Positions 36,655 to 46,858 of a DNA stretch of 55,470 nucleotides are shown piece after piece. The notes beneath the pieces were generated by a model that was given only the letters and a program-made list of their open reading frames with translations, searched no databases and had not been told where the DNA came from. This DNA comes from an uncultured Candidatus Saccharibacteria bacterium (GTDB lineage: Bacteria; Patescibacteriota; Minisyncoccia; Portnoybacterales; UBA2143). The number at the start of each line of letters is the position of its first letter. The stretch's first letter is position 1. The translations under genes and the position numbers were made by a program. The stretch covers positions 11,711 to 67,180 of the forward strand of contig CAZYQY010000001.1 of the NCBI GenBank assembly GCA_964649795.1, given 5' to 3'.

Positions 36655-36840
36655 ATGCCAAAAAAATCAGTTATTGCCAGAGCAAAAAAGAAACCAAAGT
36701 TCTCTTCTCGCATACTAAAGCGTTGTTTTCGCTGTGGGAGAAAAAAGGGCTATTTACGGAATTTTGGCTTGTGTCGGATATGTTTTAGAGAATTAGCTAA
36801 TAAAGGTGAAATACCAGGGATAAAAAAATCCTCATGGTAG
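36655..36840 (+). CDS. rpsN: 30S ribosomal protein S14, zinc-binding short type
   Basis: 61 aa, '[23 protein letters not shown]'. Confidence 0.95.
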   Translation: MPKKSVIARAKKKPKFSSRILKRCFRCGRKKGYLRNFGLCRICFRELANKGEIPGIKKSSW

Positions 36841-36850
36841 TTTAAAATAT

Positions 36851-37240
36851 ATGAGTGATCCAATTGCAGATATGTTAACTAGAATAAGAAATGCTCAAGC
36901 TGTTTCTCACAAGACAGTAACTATTCCTTTTTCCAAATTAAAATTTAATTTAGCCAAAATTTTAGAGAAAGAAAACCTAATTGGTAAAATAAACACTCAA
37001 GGCAAAAAGACAAAAAAGATAATTGAGATTGAGCTAAAGTATAAAAACAATGCGCCTATTATAAACAGCCTTAAAAGAATAAGTAGCCCTGGATTGCGAA
37101 CCTATATTAAAAAGGATGAATTAAAACCAATTAGACAAGGCTATGGCTTAATCATTATTTCTACTCATCAAGGATTGATGACCAACAAAGAAGCTAAGAA
37201 AAAAGGCGTTGGAGGAGAAATACTTTGTGAAATTTATTAA
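36851..37240 (+). CDS. rpsH: 30S ribosomal protein S8
   Basis: 'DPIADMLTRIRNA'. Confidence 0.95.
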   Translation: MSDPIADMLTRIRNAQAVSHKTVTIPFSKLKFNLAKILEKENLIGKINTQGKKTKKIIEIELKYKNNAPIINSLKRISSPGLRTYIKKDELKPIRQGYGLIIISTHQGLMTNKEAKKKGVGGEILCEIY

Positions 37241-37249
37241 ACTAAATTT

Positions 37250-37807
37250 ATGTCAAGAATAGGCAAACAACCAATTATAATTCCGGAAAACGTTGAAATA
37301 AAAATAGATAATAATCAAATTACAGTAAAAGGTCCTAAAGGAAAGTTAAATCAGCTAATTTCTTCACAGATTAACTTAGTATTAAAAGATTTGTCTGATG
37401 GGCAAAAAGAGTTATCTATTAGCCCTAAAAAGGAATCAAAAAATTATTCTGCTTTGTGGGGATTGCATAGAGCCTTAATTTTTAATATGGTTAAAGGCGT
37501 AACTGATGGTTTTGAAAAAGAGCTGGAGATTCAAGGCGTTGGATATAGGGCATCTGTTCAGAATAATAAATTAAGTTTAAATATTGGTTTTTCTCATCCA
37601 GTTGAAATTGAAGCTCCACAAGGAATTGAATTTAATGTAAATAAGAATATTATTACTATTTCAGGTATTAATAAGCAATTAGTTGGCCAGATTGCAGCTA
37701 AAATAAGAGATCAGCGCAAACCAGAACCATATAAAGGCAAAGGGATTAGATATGTTGGTGAAATCGTCAAAATAAAAGCAGGCAAAAAAGCAACAGGAAC
37801 AGAGTAA
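37250..37807 (+). CDS. rplF: 50S ribosomal protein L6
   Basis: 'MSRIGKQPIIIP' and 'VKGPKGKL'. Confidence 0.95.
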   Translation: MSRIGKQPIIIPENVEIKIDNNQITVKGPKGKLNQLISSQINLVLKDLSDGQKELSISPKKESKNYSALWGLHRALIFNMVKGVTDGFEKELEIQGVGYRASVQNNKLSLNIGFSHPVEIEAPQGIEFNVNKNIITISGINKQLVGQIAAKIRDQRKPEPYKGKGIRYVGEIVKIKAGKKATGTE

Positions 37808-37808
37808 T

Positions 37809-38162
37809 ATGCAAGAAAAAAAAGAAAAACGTTATAATCGTCATAAACGCATTAGGGCAAAAATTAAGGGGACTAAAGATCGTCCGCGTTTTTCTGTTTT
37901 TCGCAGCAATAAACATATTAGCGGACAATTAATTGATGACGATAAAAGGACAACTTTAGTGTCAATTAGTGATTTAGAATTAAAAAAAGGCAAAACCCTG
38001 GATAATAAAGTTAATCTTGCCTATAAAGTCGGACAATTGATTGCTCAAAAGGCATCAAAGAAGAAAATTAAAAAAGTTGTTTTTGACAGAGGAGGTTATA
38101 GATATCATGGCCGAGTTAAAGCAATGGCTGAAGGGGCTAAAAAAGAAGGACTTGAATTTTAA
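37809..38162 (+). CDS. rplR: 50S ribosomal protein L18
   Basis: 'RPRFSVFRSNKHISGQLIDD' and 'FDRGGYRYHGRVKA'. Confidence 0.95.
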   Translation: MQEKKEKRYNRHKRIRAKIKGTKDRPRFSVFRSNKHISGQLIDDDKRTTLVSISDLELKKGKTLDNKVNLAYKVGQLIAQKASKKKIKKVVFDRGGYRYHGRVKAMAEGAKKEGLEF

Positions 38163-38168
38163 ATTAAT

Positions 38169-38624
38169 ATGTTTTTTAAACAAGAAGAAAAAAAAGAATA
38201 TGAACAGAAATTGCTTGACGTTGCTCGAGTTGTTAGAGTAATGGCTGGTGGCCGGCGTTTTAGATTCCGAGCAGTTGTTGTCATTGGCAATAGAAGGGGC
38301 AAAGTGGGTGTAGGCGTAGCAAAAGGGCAAGATATTAGCTTGGCCGTTGAAAAAGCAGTTATTAATGCAAAAAAATATATTATTAAAGTTGTTTTAATTG
38401 ATGGAACAATTCCACATACAATAGAAGCAAAATTTGGCAGCGCAAAAGTTTTATTAAAACCAGGCATAAAAGGGAGAGGGATTGTTGCTGGAGGAGCTGT
38501 CAGAATAGTTTGTGATTTGGCTGGCATAGAAAATGTTTCAGGAAAAATTTTGGGCAAGACTAAAAATAAATTAAATAATGCACAGGCAACAATTAAAGCG
38601 CTGCAGAAATTAAAGAACAGATAA
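38169..38624 (+). CDS. rpsE: 30S ribosomal protein S5
   Basis: 'VVRVMAGGRRFRFRAVVVIGN..GKVGVGVAK'. Confidence 0.95.
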   Translation: MFFKQEEKKEYEQKLLDVARVVRVMAGGRRFRFRAVVVIGNRRGKVGVGVAKGQDISLAVEKAVINAKKYIIKVVLIDGTIPHTIEAKFGSAKVLLKPGIKGRGIVAGGAVRIVCDLAGIENVSGKILGKTKNKLNNAQATIKALQKLKNR

Positions 38625-38631
38625 TAATATT

Positions 38632-39114
38632 ATGCAATTATATCAATTAAAGCCTACTTATAAAAAAAGATCCCGTAAACGTATTGGTCGTGGAGGCAAA
38701 AAAGGAACTTATTCTGGAAAAGGGATTAAAGGACAAAAATCTCGATCAGGAAAAAAGCCGCGAGTAGATTTTGCTGGTGGGGATACAACCTTAAGTAAGC
38801 GCTTGCCTAAAAAAAGAGGAACAACTGGAAAACATAAGACCACTAAAAAGAGAAAAGGAGCAAAAATGAACAGATTGAGAATTCAATCTATGCCAGTTAT
38901 TCTTAATTTAAAAGATATTGAGCAAAAATTTAATAGTAATGAAATTGTTTCTCCAAGAAATTTGTTGAACAAGAAGTTAATTGGTAAAATAAAAGGCAGA
39001 GTTCCTAAAGTGAAGATTTTAGGACAAGGAGAGCTAACAAAGAAATTACAATTTAAAGGAGTAAGATTATCAAAAAGTGTTCAGGGAAAAAACAAATCAA
39101 ATAAATCTGAATAA
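38632..39114 (+). CDS. rplO: 50S ribosomal protein L15
   Basis: 'RIGRGGKKGTYSGKGIKGQKSRSG'. It directly follows rpsE, so no rpmD is present. Confidence 0.9.
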   Translation: MQLYQLKPTYKKRSRKRIGRGGKKGTYSGKGIKGQKSRSGKKPRVDFAGGDTTLSKRLPKKRGTTGKHKTTKKRKGAKMNRLRIQSMPVILNLKDIEQKFNSNEIVSPRNLLNKKLIGKIKGRVPKVKILGQGELTKKLQFKGVRLSKSVQGKNKSNKSE

Positions 39115-39125
39115 TATTTAGAAAT

Positions 39126-40409
39126 ATGAAGCTCCTAGATAAAATCATACAAGTTTTCAAAATTAAAGATTTGCGCAAGAAGATATTTTTTGTTTTGATG
39201 ATATTGGTTATTTTCCGCATAGCGGCTAATATCCCAGTGCCTGGAATTGATATTGAACGTTTAAGACAATTTTTTGCCAATAACCAATTATTTGGCCTTT
39301 TGAATATTTTTACTGGCGGTGCAATGAGTAATTTGTCAATAATTATGCTTGGATTGGGACCATTTATTACAGCTACAATTATTATGCAGCTGTTAACAAT
39401 GATTTTCCCACAGCTAGAGGCTCTTTATAAGGAAGAAGGCGAAAAAGGACGCCAGAAATTTAATCAATATAGCCGCATATTGACTGTTCCATTAGCTGTT
39501 TTGCAATCTTATGGGATGTTAACACTTTTAAGCAGGCAAGGTATCCTCGGCTCTTTTTCTACAATTCAATGGGCTACTTCTATTTTAGTAATTACAGCTG
39601 GAGCATTGTTTTTAATGTGGCTTGGTGAATTAATTTCTGAAAAAGGAATCGGTAATGGCGTTTCTTTATTAATTTTTGCCGGTATTGTTTCCAGGGTGCC
39701 TATTTCAATTAGAGAATTAGCTGTTACTTACGATCCTTCTAAAATACCTTCGTATATTGCCTTTTTTATCTTAGCTTTAGTTATTACAGCTAGTGTAGTT
39801 GTTATTACCGAAGGCCGAAGGAATATTCCTGTATCTTATGCTAAGCGTGTTCGCGGACACCGTGTTTATGGAGGCGTTTCCACTTATTTGCCTTTGAATG
39901 TAAATCCAGCTGGCGTAATCCCGATTATTTTTGCTTTATCAATTATGCTTTTCCCAGGCATGGTGGCCAGTTTCTTAGGAACTTCAAACATTGGCTGGTT
40001 GGCTAGTTTTGCTCAAACAATAGGAAATCTTTTTCAGAATGCTTGGTTTTACGGTGTTTGTTATTTTATCCTAGTGGTCCTTTTTACATATTTTTATACA
40101 GCAGTCACCTTTGATCCTAAAAATGTAGCTAATAATTTACAAAAAATGGGCGGTTTTATTCCTGGGATTCGTCCTGGCAGGTCTACTTCTGACTTCCTTT
40201 ATTTTATCCTTAACAGAGTGCTGCTTTTTGGCGCAATTTTCTTAGGTACAATTGCTGTTTTGCCTTCTATTATCCAAGGATCTACTGGAATTACTGCTTT
40301 TGGATTTGCTATTGGCGGCACAGCCCTTTTAATTGTTGTTTCTGTTGTTTTAGAAACTATTCGCCAGATTAACTCTCAATTAACAATGAGAGATTATGAA
40401 GAATTATAA
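39126..40409 (+). CDS. secY: preprotein translocase subunit SecY
   Basis: 10-TM pattern, 'IPVPGID', 'LGLGPFITATII' and operon position. Confidence 0.95.
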   Translation: MKLLDKIIQVFKIKDLRKKIFFVLMILVIFRIAANIPVPGIDIERLRQFFANNQLFGLLNIFTGGAMSNLSIIMLGLGPFITATIIMQLLTMIFPQLEALYKEEGEKGRQKFNQYSRILTVPLAVLQSYGMLTLLSRQGILGSFSTIQWATSILVITAGALFLMWLGELISEKGIGNGVSLLIFAGIVSRVPISIRELAVTYDPSKIPSYIAFFILALVITASVVVITEGRRNIPVSYAKRVRGHRVYGGVSTYLPLNVNPAGVIPIIFALSIMLFPGMVASFLGTSNIGWLASFAQTIGNLFQNAWFYGVCYFILVVLFTYFYTAVTFDPKNVANNLQKMGGFIPGIRPGRSTSDFLYFILNRVLLFGAIFLGTIAVLPSIIQGSTGITAFGFAIGGTALLIVVSVVLETIRQINSQLTMRDYEEL

Positions 40410-40414
40410 ATTTT

Positions 40415-41083
40415 ATGTCTAATAAACAACCGCAGATCATTATTTTACTTGGTAGGTCTGGATGCGGCAAAGGGACCCAAGCAAAGCTTTTGATGAAAGA
40501 GTTTAGTTCTGATTATTTAGGCAGCGGCGCCTTGTTAAGAGAAAGGTCCAAACAAAGCGATTTTACTGGAAAGAAATTAAAACAAGTAATGGATAAAGGA
40601 GATTTAGTCCCAACGCCAGTTATGTTTAGATTATGGGCAGATAAAATAGCTAAAATGAGAGAGAAAGTGGGTAAAAAAGGTTTAATTATTGATGGTAGTC
40701 CCAGATCCTTATTAGAAGCAAAATTAATGAATAGCGCTTTTAAATGGTATGAATGGGACAATGTAAAAGTTATTTTATTAGATATTTCAGAACAAGAAGC
40801 TTTTAGCCGGTTGACTAATCGTCGTATCTGCAAAGATTGCGGTCGATTGATCCCGTGGGTAGGCGAGTTTAAAGATTTAAAGAAATGCGATAAATGTGGA
40901 GGGGAATTAGAAACTCGTTTTGATGATAAGCCAGAAGCAATCCAAGCGCGTTTGGATTATTACAAAAAAGATGTTCAGCCAGCAGTTGATTATTATGAAG
41001 AACAAGGCAGACTAATTAAAGTTGACGGAGGACAGTCAATTGATAATGTTTATAAGGAGATTATACAATGTCTATTACAATAA
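40415..41083 (+). CDS. adk: adenylate kinase with a zinc-type lid
   Basis: 'LLGRSGCGKGTQ' and lid 'CKDCGR..CDKCGGEL'. Confidence 0.9.
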   Translation: MSNKQPQIIILLGRSGCGKGTQAKLLMKEFSSDYLGSGALLRERSKQSDFTGKKLKQVMDKGDLVPTPVMFRLWADKIAKMREKVGKKGLIIDGSPRSLLEAKLMNSAFKWYEWDNVKVILLDISEQEAFSRLTNRRICKDCGRLIPWVGEFKDLKKCDKCGGELETRFDDKPEAIQARLDYYKKDVQPAVDYYEEQGRLIKVDGGQSIDNVYKEIIQCLLQ

Positions 41084-41814
41084 AAACTCCAGAACAAATT
41101 GAAATAATGGCTCGAGCTGGCCAGATTTTATCTCAAGTTATGAGAGAATTAAAAAATAGGGTTGAGCCGGGAATAACTACTGAAAGTTTAAACAAACTCG
41201 CTGAAGAGCTGATTTTTGATTCTGGATCTAAACCAGCATTTAAGGGCTATAATGGTTTTCCTGCTGCGTTGTGTACTTCAATTAATGAGCAAATTGTTCA
41301 TGCTGTGCCTTGTGAAAGAAAGTTAATTGAAGGCGATATTTTAAGTTTAGATTTGGGAGTTATATATCAAGGTTTTTATTCAGATATGGCTGTTACTGTG
41401 CCTGTAGGAGCTATTTCTCCAGAAGCAGGACGCTTAATTAGAATAACAAAAAAAGCTCTTAAAAGAGCCATCAATAGAGTTAAACCAGGCAAAACAATTG
41501 GCGATATAGGTCATGCAATTCAAACATATGTTGAATCGCAGGGGTTTCAAATAGTAAAAGAGCTTTGTGGGCATGGTGTTGGCCAACAGCTTCATGAATT
41601 GCCAGAAGTGCTTAATTTTGGGCAGCGGCACAAAGGTCTAAAATTAGAATTAGGTATGGCTATAGCCATTGAACCAATGGCTGTTATGGGTAAGCCAGGA
41701 ATAAAAAAAGGCCCAGATGGGTCCTGCTTCCAAACAGCTGACAACAGCTTGTCAGCCCATTTTGAACATACTGTAGCAGTTACTGAAAAAGGACCGAGAG
41801 TGTTAACAGAATAG
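41068..41814 (+). CDS. map: type I methionine aminopeptidase
   Basis: 'IKTPEQIEIMARAG', 'HGVGQQLHELP' and 'FEHTVAVT'. Confidence 0.9.
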   Translation: MSITIKTPEQIEIMARAGQILSQVMRELKNRVEPGITTESLNKLAEELIFDSGSKPAFKGYNGFPAALCTSINEQIVHAVPCERKLIEGDILSLDLGVIYQGFYSDMAVTVPVGAISPEAGRLIRITKKALKRAINRVKPGKTIGDIGHAIQTYVESQGFQIVKELCGHGVGQQLHELPEVLNFGQRHKGLKLELGMAIAIEPMAVMGKPGIKKGPDGSCFQTADNSLSAHFEHTVAVTEKGPRVLTE

Positions 41815-41828
41815 AGGCCTTAAAAATT

Positions 41829-41905
41829 CAAGGTCTGACCTTGCCCAGCAAAAATTCTTGTGATTTGTTAGTTGTAAGAAACTTAGATGGAAAGGTCAGA
41901 CCTTA
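41829..41905. terminator. long-range hairpin between convergent map and thrS, built from two AAGGTCWGACCTT units
   Basis: 13-nt arms at 41830-41842 and 41892-41904 are exact complements separated by 49 nt. The right arm overlaps the thrS stop codon. Confidence 0.5.
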
Positions 41906-43660
41906 AATCTTCTTCTCTTTAATCTCTTCCTTAATTTTTTCAATAAACTTGTTTGTTTTCATAGGGCCTAAATCGCCCTTTTTTCTGTCTCTAACAGCGA
42001 CTGAATCGGATTTTTGTTCTTTTTCCCCTACTACTAAAAGATAAGGAATCTTTTGCAATTCGCCATTGCGAATCTTCTTGCCTAAAGTTTCATTGTCATT
42101 ATTTAATTCAACTCTAATATCTTCTTTCCAGAGTTCTTTTTTTATTTTCTCGCCATATTTATTAAATTTTTCGCTAATCGGGATAATTTGGGCCTGGATA
42201 GGCGAGAGCCAAACAGGCAAAGCCCCAGCATATTGTTCAATCAAAAAAGCCATAGTTCGTTCTATGCACCCGATAGAAGCTCGATGAATTACCATAGGTG
42301 TTTGTTTTTTACCTTTTTTATCTATATAGCTCATATCAAATTTTCCAGGCATATCAAAGTCAATTTGAACAGTAAAAAGAGTATCTTCTTTGCCATTAAC
42401 ATTTTTAACTTGAATATCTGTTTTTGGGCCATAAAAAGCAGCTTCGTCTTTAGCTTCAATATATTTAAGTTTTAATTCATCTAATATCTTTTTCATTAAC
42501 TTTTCAGTTTCCTGCCACGCTTTTGGATTATTGGTATATTTCTTTTTATTCTTAGGATCCCATTTTGAAAAACGATATGAATAATCTTTAATACCTAAAA
42601 CTTTCATATTATACTGAATTAATTCTAAAACGTCTTTAAATTCTTTTTCAATTTGATCTGGTCTACAAATAAGATGAGCATCAACTAAAGAAAAAGCCAT
42701 TAATCTAATAAGTCCGGACAGTTCTCCTGACTGTTCTCTTCTGTATTGTCTGGCAATTTCAGCATATCTTAAGGGAAGATCACGATAGCTTCTTGGACGT
42801 GAATTATAAAGCATAAAATGATGAGGACAAGCCATTGGACGCAGGACATAATCTTCGTTATCAATATGAATTAATGGGTACATACTTTCTTTATAATGTT
42901 GCCAGTGACCTGATTTCTTATATAATTCCAATCTTGCTAAATCAGGAGTATATACTCGCAAATATCCTCTTTTAGTTTCTTCTTCAGTGATGAATTTTTC
43001 TAGTTCTTGTCTAATTATCGAACCCTTAGGTGTTAAAAGAGGTAATCCTTTGCCAATTAAATCTGAAAAAACAAATAGATCTAATTCCTTTCCTATTTTC
43101 CGATGATCTCTTTTTTCAGCTTCAGCCTGCTGTTTTAAATATTCATCCAATTCTTTCTTTGTTCCAAAAGCTACTCCATAGATTCTCTGGAGCATTTTAT
43201 TCTTTTCGTCGCCTTTCCAGTAAGCTCCGGCTAATTTGGTGAGTTTAAAAGCATCAGGATCAATCTCCTTAGTAGATGTAACGTGTGGACCTTTACACAA
43301 ATTTTCAAACCAGTCAGATCTGTAAAAACTTAGCTTTTTTTCGCCTGCCTTTTTTAAATCCATTATCATTTCGCTTTTGTATGGATCTTTTTTATAAAAC
43401 TTTAAGGCTTTATCAAAACTCATCTCATGCTGTTCAAATTTAATATTCTGTTGGATCATTTTTTTGATTTCTTTTTCTATTTTAGGCAGTAATTCTGGTG
43501 AGATAGGTTTTTGTAAACCATAATCTTGATAAAAACCATTCTCTATAGCTGGTCCAACGCCAAGGCCTGCATCAGGATATATTTTAATAATTGCCATGCT
43601 CATCAAGTGTGACAAAGAATGACGTATTTTTTCTAATTGTAATTCTTCTTTTTTAGGCAT
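41903..43660 (-). CDS. thrS: threonyl-tRNA synthetase, starting at the editing/second additional domain with no N-terminal TGS domain
   Basis: 'IRHSLSHLM', 'RDHRKIGKELDLF' and class II motifs. 585 aa. Confidence 0.9.
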   Translation of the reverse strand: MPKKEELQLEKIRHSLSHLMSMAIIKIYPDAGLGVGPAIENGFYQDYGLQKPISPELLPKIEKEIKKMIQQNIKFEQHEMSFDKALKFYKKDPYKSEMIMDLKKAGEKKLSFYRSDWFENLCKGPHVTSTKEIDPDAFKLTKLAGAYWKGDEKNKMLQRIYGVAFGTKKELDEYLKQQAEAEKRDHRKIGKELDLFVFSDLIGKGLPLLTPKGSIIRQELEKFITEEETKRGYLRVYTPDLARLELYKKSGHWQHYKESMYPLIHIDNEDYVLRPMACPHHFMLYNSRPRSYRDLPLRYAEIARQYRREQSGELSGLIRLMAFSLVDAHLICRPDQIEKEFKDVLELIQYNMKVLGIKDYSYRFSKWDPKNKKKYTNNPKAWQETEKLMKKILDELKLKYIEAKDEAAFYGPKTDIQVKNVNGKEDTLFTVQIDFDMPGKFDMSYIDKKGKKQTPMVIHRASIGCIERTMAFLIEQYAGALPVWLSPIQAQIIPISEKFNKYGEKIKKELWKEDIRVELNNDNETLGKKIRNGELQKIPYLLVVGEKEQKSDSVAVRDRKKGDLGPMKTNKFIEKIKEEIKEKKI

Positions 43661-43662
43661 AT

Positions 43663-46600
43663 TTATTCTAAAACTTTAACACTATCGCAAATTATTTTCA
43701 AGTTGTCGTCCCTGTCGCTTAATCGTCCGCTAACAAGAACAACTTTTTCTTCCTGCCATGCCGTAGATGTCTGCTCAAGCGTATTAGGGAAAACTAGAAC
43801 TTCTATCCGGCCTGTAGAATCTTCTATTTCAACAAAAAGCATTGGTTGGCCAGCTCGCGTATTGATCTTTTTAATCTTGTTAATAAATCCTCCTATTTTA
43901 ACTCTTTGACTTACTTGATCTTTTGAAAGATTTTTGCAAAAAGTAGCTATTTTAGCTAAACGTTTTTCATAGTTTTTAAGGGGATGTTCAGAAACGTAAA
44001 GGCCAAGTAGTTCCTTTTCCCAACTAAGCCGTTCTTTCTTGTCAGCTGGAACAACATCTGGCAGTTTAAAAGATGATATCTTTATATTTGGCTGTCCAGC
44101 AAACAAACTGGTTTGACCATTATCTTTGGCTCGCTGGCTTTCTCTTGATAAACTAAGTATTTGTTCCATGGCTGTTAAAATTTGGTTTCTTTCGCCAAAA
44201 ATATCTAGGGCTCCGCATTTGGTTAAGCTTTCTAAAGATTTTTTGTTTAGATCTCTAGAATTAACTCTTTCAATAAAATCAGTTATTGATTTAAATTCAC
44301 CATTATTTTTTCTTTCCTGAACAATATTTTCTACTATATTATGTCCAACATTTTTTATCGCATTAAGGCCAAAACGTATTATTTTTTCATCTACTCGGCT
44401 AAAATCTTGATTGCTTTCGTTAATATCAGGCGGCAGCACCTTAATGTCCATTTGCTGGCATTCATTAACCAAAAAAGCGATTCTTTCAATATCATTTTGA
44501 TCAGAAGTCATTAAAGCAGCCATAAATTCAGTTGGGAAGTGCGCTTTAAGATAAGCAGTTTGATAACCAATCAGAGCATAACATGTTGCATGGCTGGCAT
44601 TAAAACCATATTGGGCAAATGGCTCAATAGTCTTCCAGATTTTTTTAGCTATTTTGGTTTCAATATCATTTTTAACCATTCCTTCAATCATTTTTTCTTC
44701 TTGTTCATCTAAAAGCTTTTTAATCTTTTTCCCGACTGCTTTTCTAAGAACATCAGCTTCAGAAAGAGTAAAACCTGCTAAATCTTGGGCAATTCTCATC
44801 AGCTGTTCCTGATATACGCAAATTCCATAAGTATTCTCCAAAATTGGTTTAAGCAAAGGATGAGAATAGGTAATTTTTTTATGACCGTGTTTGCGAGCAA
44901 TAAATTCTGGGATAAATTCCATTGGTCCTGGCCTGTATAAAGCAACCATAGCAATAATATCTGCAAATTGGCTTGGCTTGAGCTGCTTTAAATATCTTTT
45001 CATACCCGATGATTCAAGCTGAAAAATGCCTGTAGTATTAGCTTTTCTAAATAGTTCAAATGTTTTTTCGTCGTCTAATGGGAAACTCTCCAAATCAATT
45101 TTTTGTTGACTGCTTTCTTCTATCTGATCAAGAGTATTTTGAATGACTGTTAGGGTCTTTAATCCGAGAAAGTCCATTTTTAAAAGACCCAAATCTTCAA
45201 TTGAATGCATTTCATATTGAGTTACAACTGATTGATCGTTTCGGCTTGAATATTGACAAGGGACTAATTTGTTCAGCGGTTCTTTGGTAATAACAACTCC
45301 GCAAGCATGAGTAGAAGCGTGTCGGGCAATCCCCTCTAATTTCATAGACATGTCAATTAATCGCTTAGTGTTGTCATCTGATTCATAATTGCTATGCAAT
45401 TCCTGTGATTCATAAATAGCTTTTTCAAGGCTTGAACCAAAAGGAATCATTTTAGCTATTTGGTCGCAAAAATTGTAGGAATAATCAAGGACTCTGCCAA
45501 CATCTCTAACAGCAGCTCTAGCTGCCATGGTGCCAAAAGTGATGATTTGAGCAACATGTTCTCGGCCATATTTTTTTGCTACATATTCAATTACTTCATC
45601 GCGACGAGCATCAGCAAAATCCAGATCAATGTCAGGCATAGAGATCCTGGAAGGATTCAAAAAGCGTTCAAAAAGCAAATTATACTTAAGCGGATCAACT
45701 GCTGTGATGCCAATAAGATAGGAGACTATTGATCCAGCTGCGCTGCCTCTGCCTGGACCGCAGACAATATCTTGAGATTTAGCCCAGTTAATAAAATCCT
45801 GGACAATAAGAAAGTAAGAAGCAAACCCAGTTTTCTTAATAACGCCTAATTCGTAATCTATTCGTTCTAAAACATCTTTTAGAGAAGCTTCAAAATGTTT
45901 TTCTTCCAATCCTTTTTCGCATAATTTTTTTAAATACTCTTCAGGCGTTTGTCCATTGGGCAGGTTAAAATAAGGTAATTGAATATTGCCTAATTCAAAT
46001 TCAAAATTACATTTTTCAACAATTTCCTGTGTATTTTCAATTGCTTCGGGAATATCTTTAAAATCTTTGATCATCTGTTCCATTGGCCTAAGCGAAAAGT
46101 CATCAGACTTCATTGTTAATCGGTCTTGATCGCCTAAGCGCTTATCAGTTTGGATGCTCATTAGAATATCTTGAGCTTCTGCGTCCTCTGGTTTAACATA
46201 GTGAACATCATTAGCAGCAATTAAAGGAACTTTATTTTTATGAGCTATTTTAATCAGAGCGTTATTAACTTTTTTTTGTTCTAACAAACCAGGATGGTGC
46301 TGGATTTCTAAATAAAAATTGCCTTTGCCGAAAATTTCCTGGTATTCTAAAGTTAATTTTTCTGCCTGGTCTATTTTCCCATTAATAACAGCTCTTGGAA
46401 TCTCACCAGACAAACAAGCAGATGTTCCAATTAGGCCATTAGCGTGTTTTTTTAATAATTCTTTATCAATTCTCGGCTTATAATAAAAGCCTTCTAAATG
46501 GGCTTTGGTAGTCATTTCAACTAAATTTTGGTATCCTTCCTTATTTTTTACTAAAAGGATTAAATGATATCGTTTATTATCAATATTAGGTCTTTTTTGA

Positions 46601-46824
46601 TATAGGCTTTCAAAGGCGACATATGATTCACATCCCAAAATAGGCCTAATACCTCTTTTTTTCGCTTTTTGGTAAAATTCAACTAATCCATACATATTTC
46701 CATGGTCAGTCAAGGCAATAGAAGGCATTTTCAGTTCCTGGCAAGCATCCAAAAGCTGGTCTATTTTAGCCATACCATCTAATAGGGAATAGTGTGAGTG
46801 AACATGGAGATGAGTAAATTTCAT
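43663..46824 (-). CDS. dnaE: DNA polymerase III alpha subunit
   Basis: PHP 'FTHLHVHSHYSLLDG' and 'PDIDLDF'. 1053 aa. Confidence 0.95.
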   Translation of the reverse strand: MKFTHLHVHSHYSLLDGMAKIDQLLDACQELKMPSIALTDHGNMYGLVEFYQKAKKRGIRPILGCESYVAFESLYQKRPNIDNKRYHLILLVKNKEGYQNLVEMTTKAHLEGFYYKPRIDKELLKKHANGLIGTSACLSGEIPRAVINGKIDQAEKLTLEYQEIFGKGNFYLEIQHHPGLLEQKKVNNALIKIAHKNKVPLIAANDVHYVKPEDAEAQDILMSIQTDKRLGDQDRLTMKSDDFSLRPMEQMIKDFKDIPEAIENTQEIVEKCNFEFELGNIQLPYFNLPNGQTPEEYLKKLCEKGLEEKHFEASLKDVLERIDYELGVIKKTGFASYFLIVQDFINWAKSQDIVCGPGRGSAAGSIVSYLIGITAVDPLKYNLLFERFLNPSRISMPDIDLDFADARRDEVIEYVAKKYGREHVAQIITFGTMAARAAVRDVGRVLDYSYNFCDQIAKMIPFGSSLEKAIYESQELHSNYESDDNTKRLIDMSMKLEGIARHASTHACGVVITKEPLNKLVPCQYSSRNDQSVVTQYEMHSIEDLGLLKMDFLGLKTLTVIQNTLDQIEESSQQKIDLESFPLDDEKTFELFRKANTTGIFQLESSGMKRYLKQLKPSQFADIIAMVALYRPGPMEFIPEFIARKHGHKKITYSHPLLKPILENTYGICVYQEQLMRIAQDLAGFTLSEADVLRKAVGKKIKKLLDEQEEKMIEGMVKNDIETKIAKKIWKTIEPFAQYGFNASHATCYALIGYQTAYLKAHFPTEFMAALMTSDQNDIERIAFLVNECQQMDIKVLPPDINESNQDFSRVDEKIIRFGLNAIKNVGHNIVENIVQERKNNGEFKSITDFIERVNSRDLNKKSLESLTKCGALDIFGERNQILTAMEQILSLSRESQRAKDNGQTSLFAGQPNIKISSFKLPDVVPADKKERLSWEKELLGLYVSEHPLKNYEKRLAKIATFCKNLSKDQVSQRVKIGGFINKIKKINTRAGQPMLFVEIEDSTGRIEVLVFPNTLEQTSTAWQEEKVVLVSGRLSDRDDNLKIICDSVKVLE

Positions 46825-46830
46825 GGTTTC

Positions 46831-46858
46831 AGTATATCACTTTTGACCTGTCTGGCAA
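46831..46858 (-). promoter_or_regulatory. promoter (TTGCCA, 16 nt spacer, TATACT) ending 6 nt upstream of the dnaE ATG
   Basis: The minus strand reads TTGCCAgacaggtcaaaagtgaTATACTgaaaccATG. Confidence 0.45.

Noticed and set aside
40800-40930. Cys4 clusters in the adenylate kinase lid, in PheS ('CSICGGKGCSTCG', about 54260-54300) and in S14.
   Set aside because: These zinc-binding variants are, to my knowledge, common in many bacteria and are not novel on their own. I mention them only as context for the EF-Tu and L24 observations.
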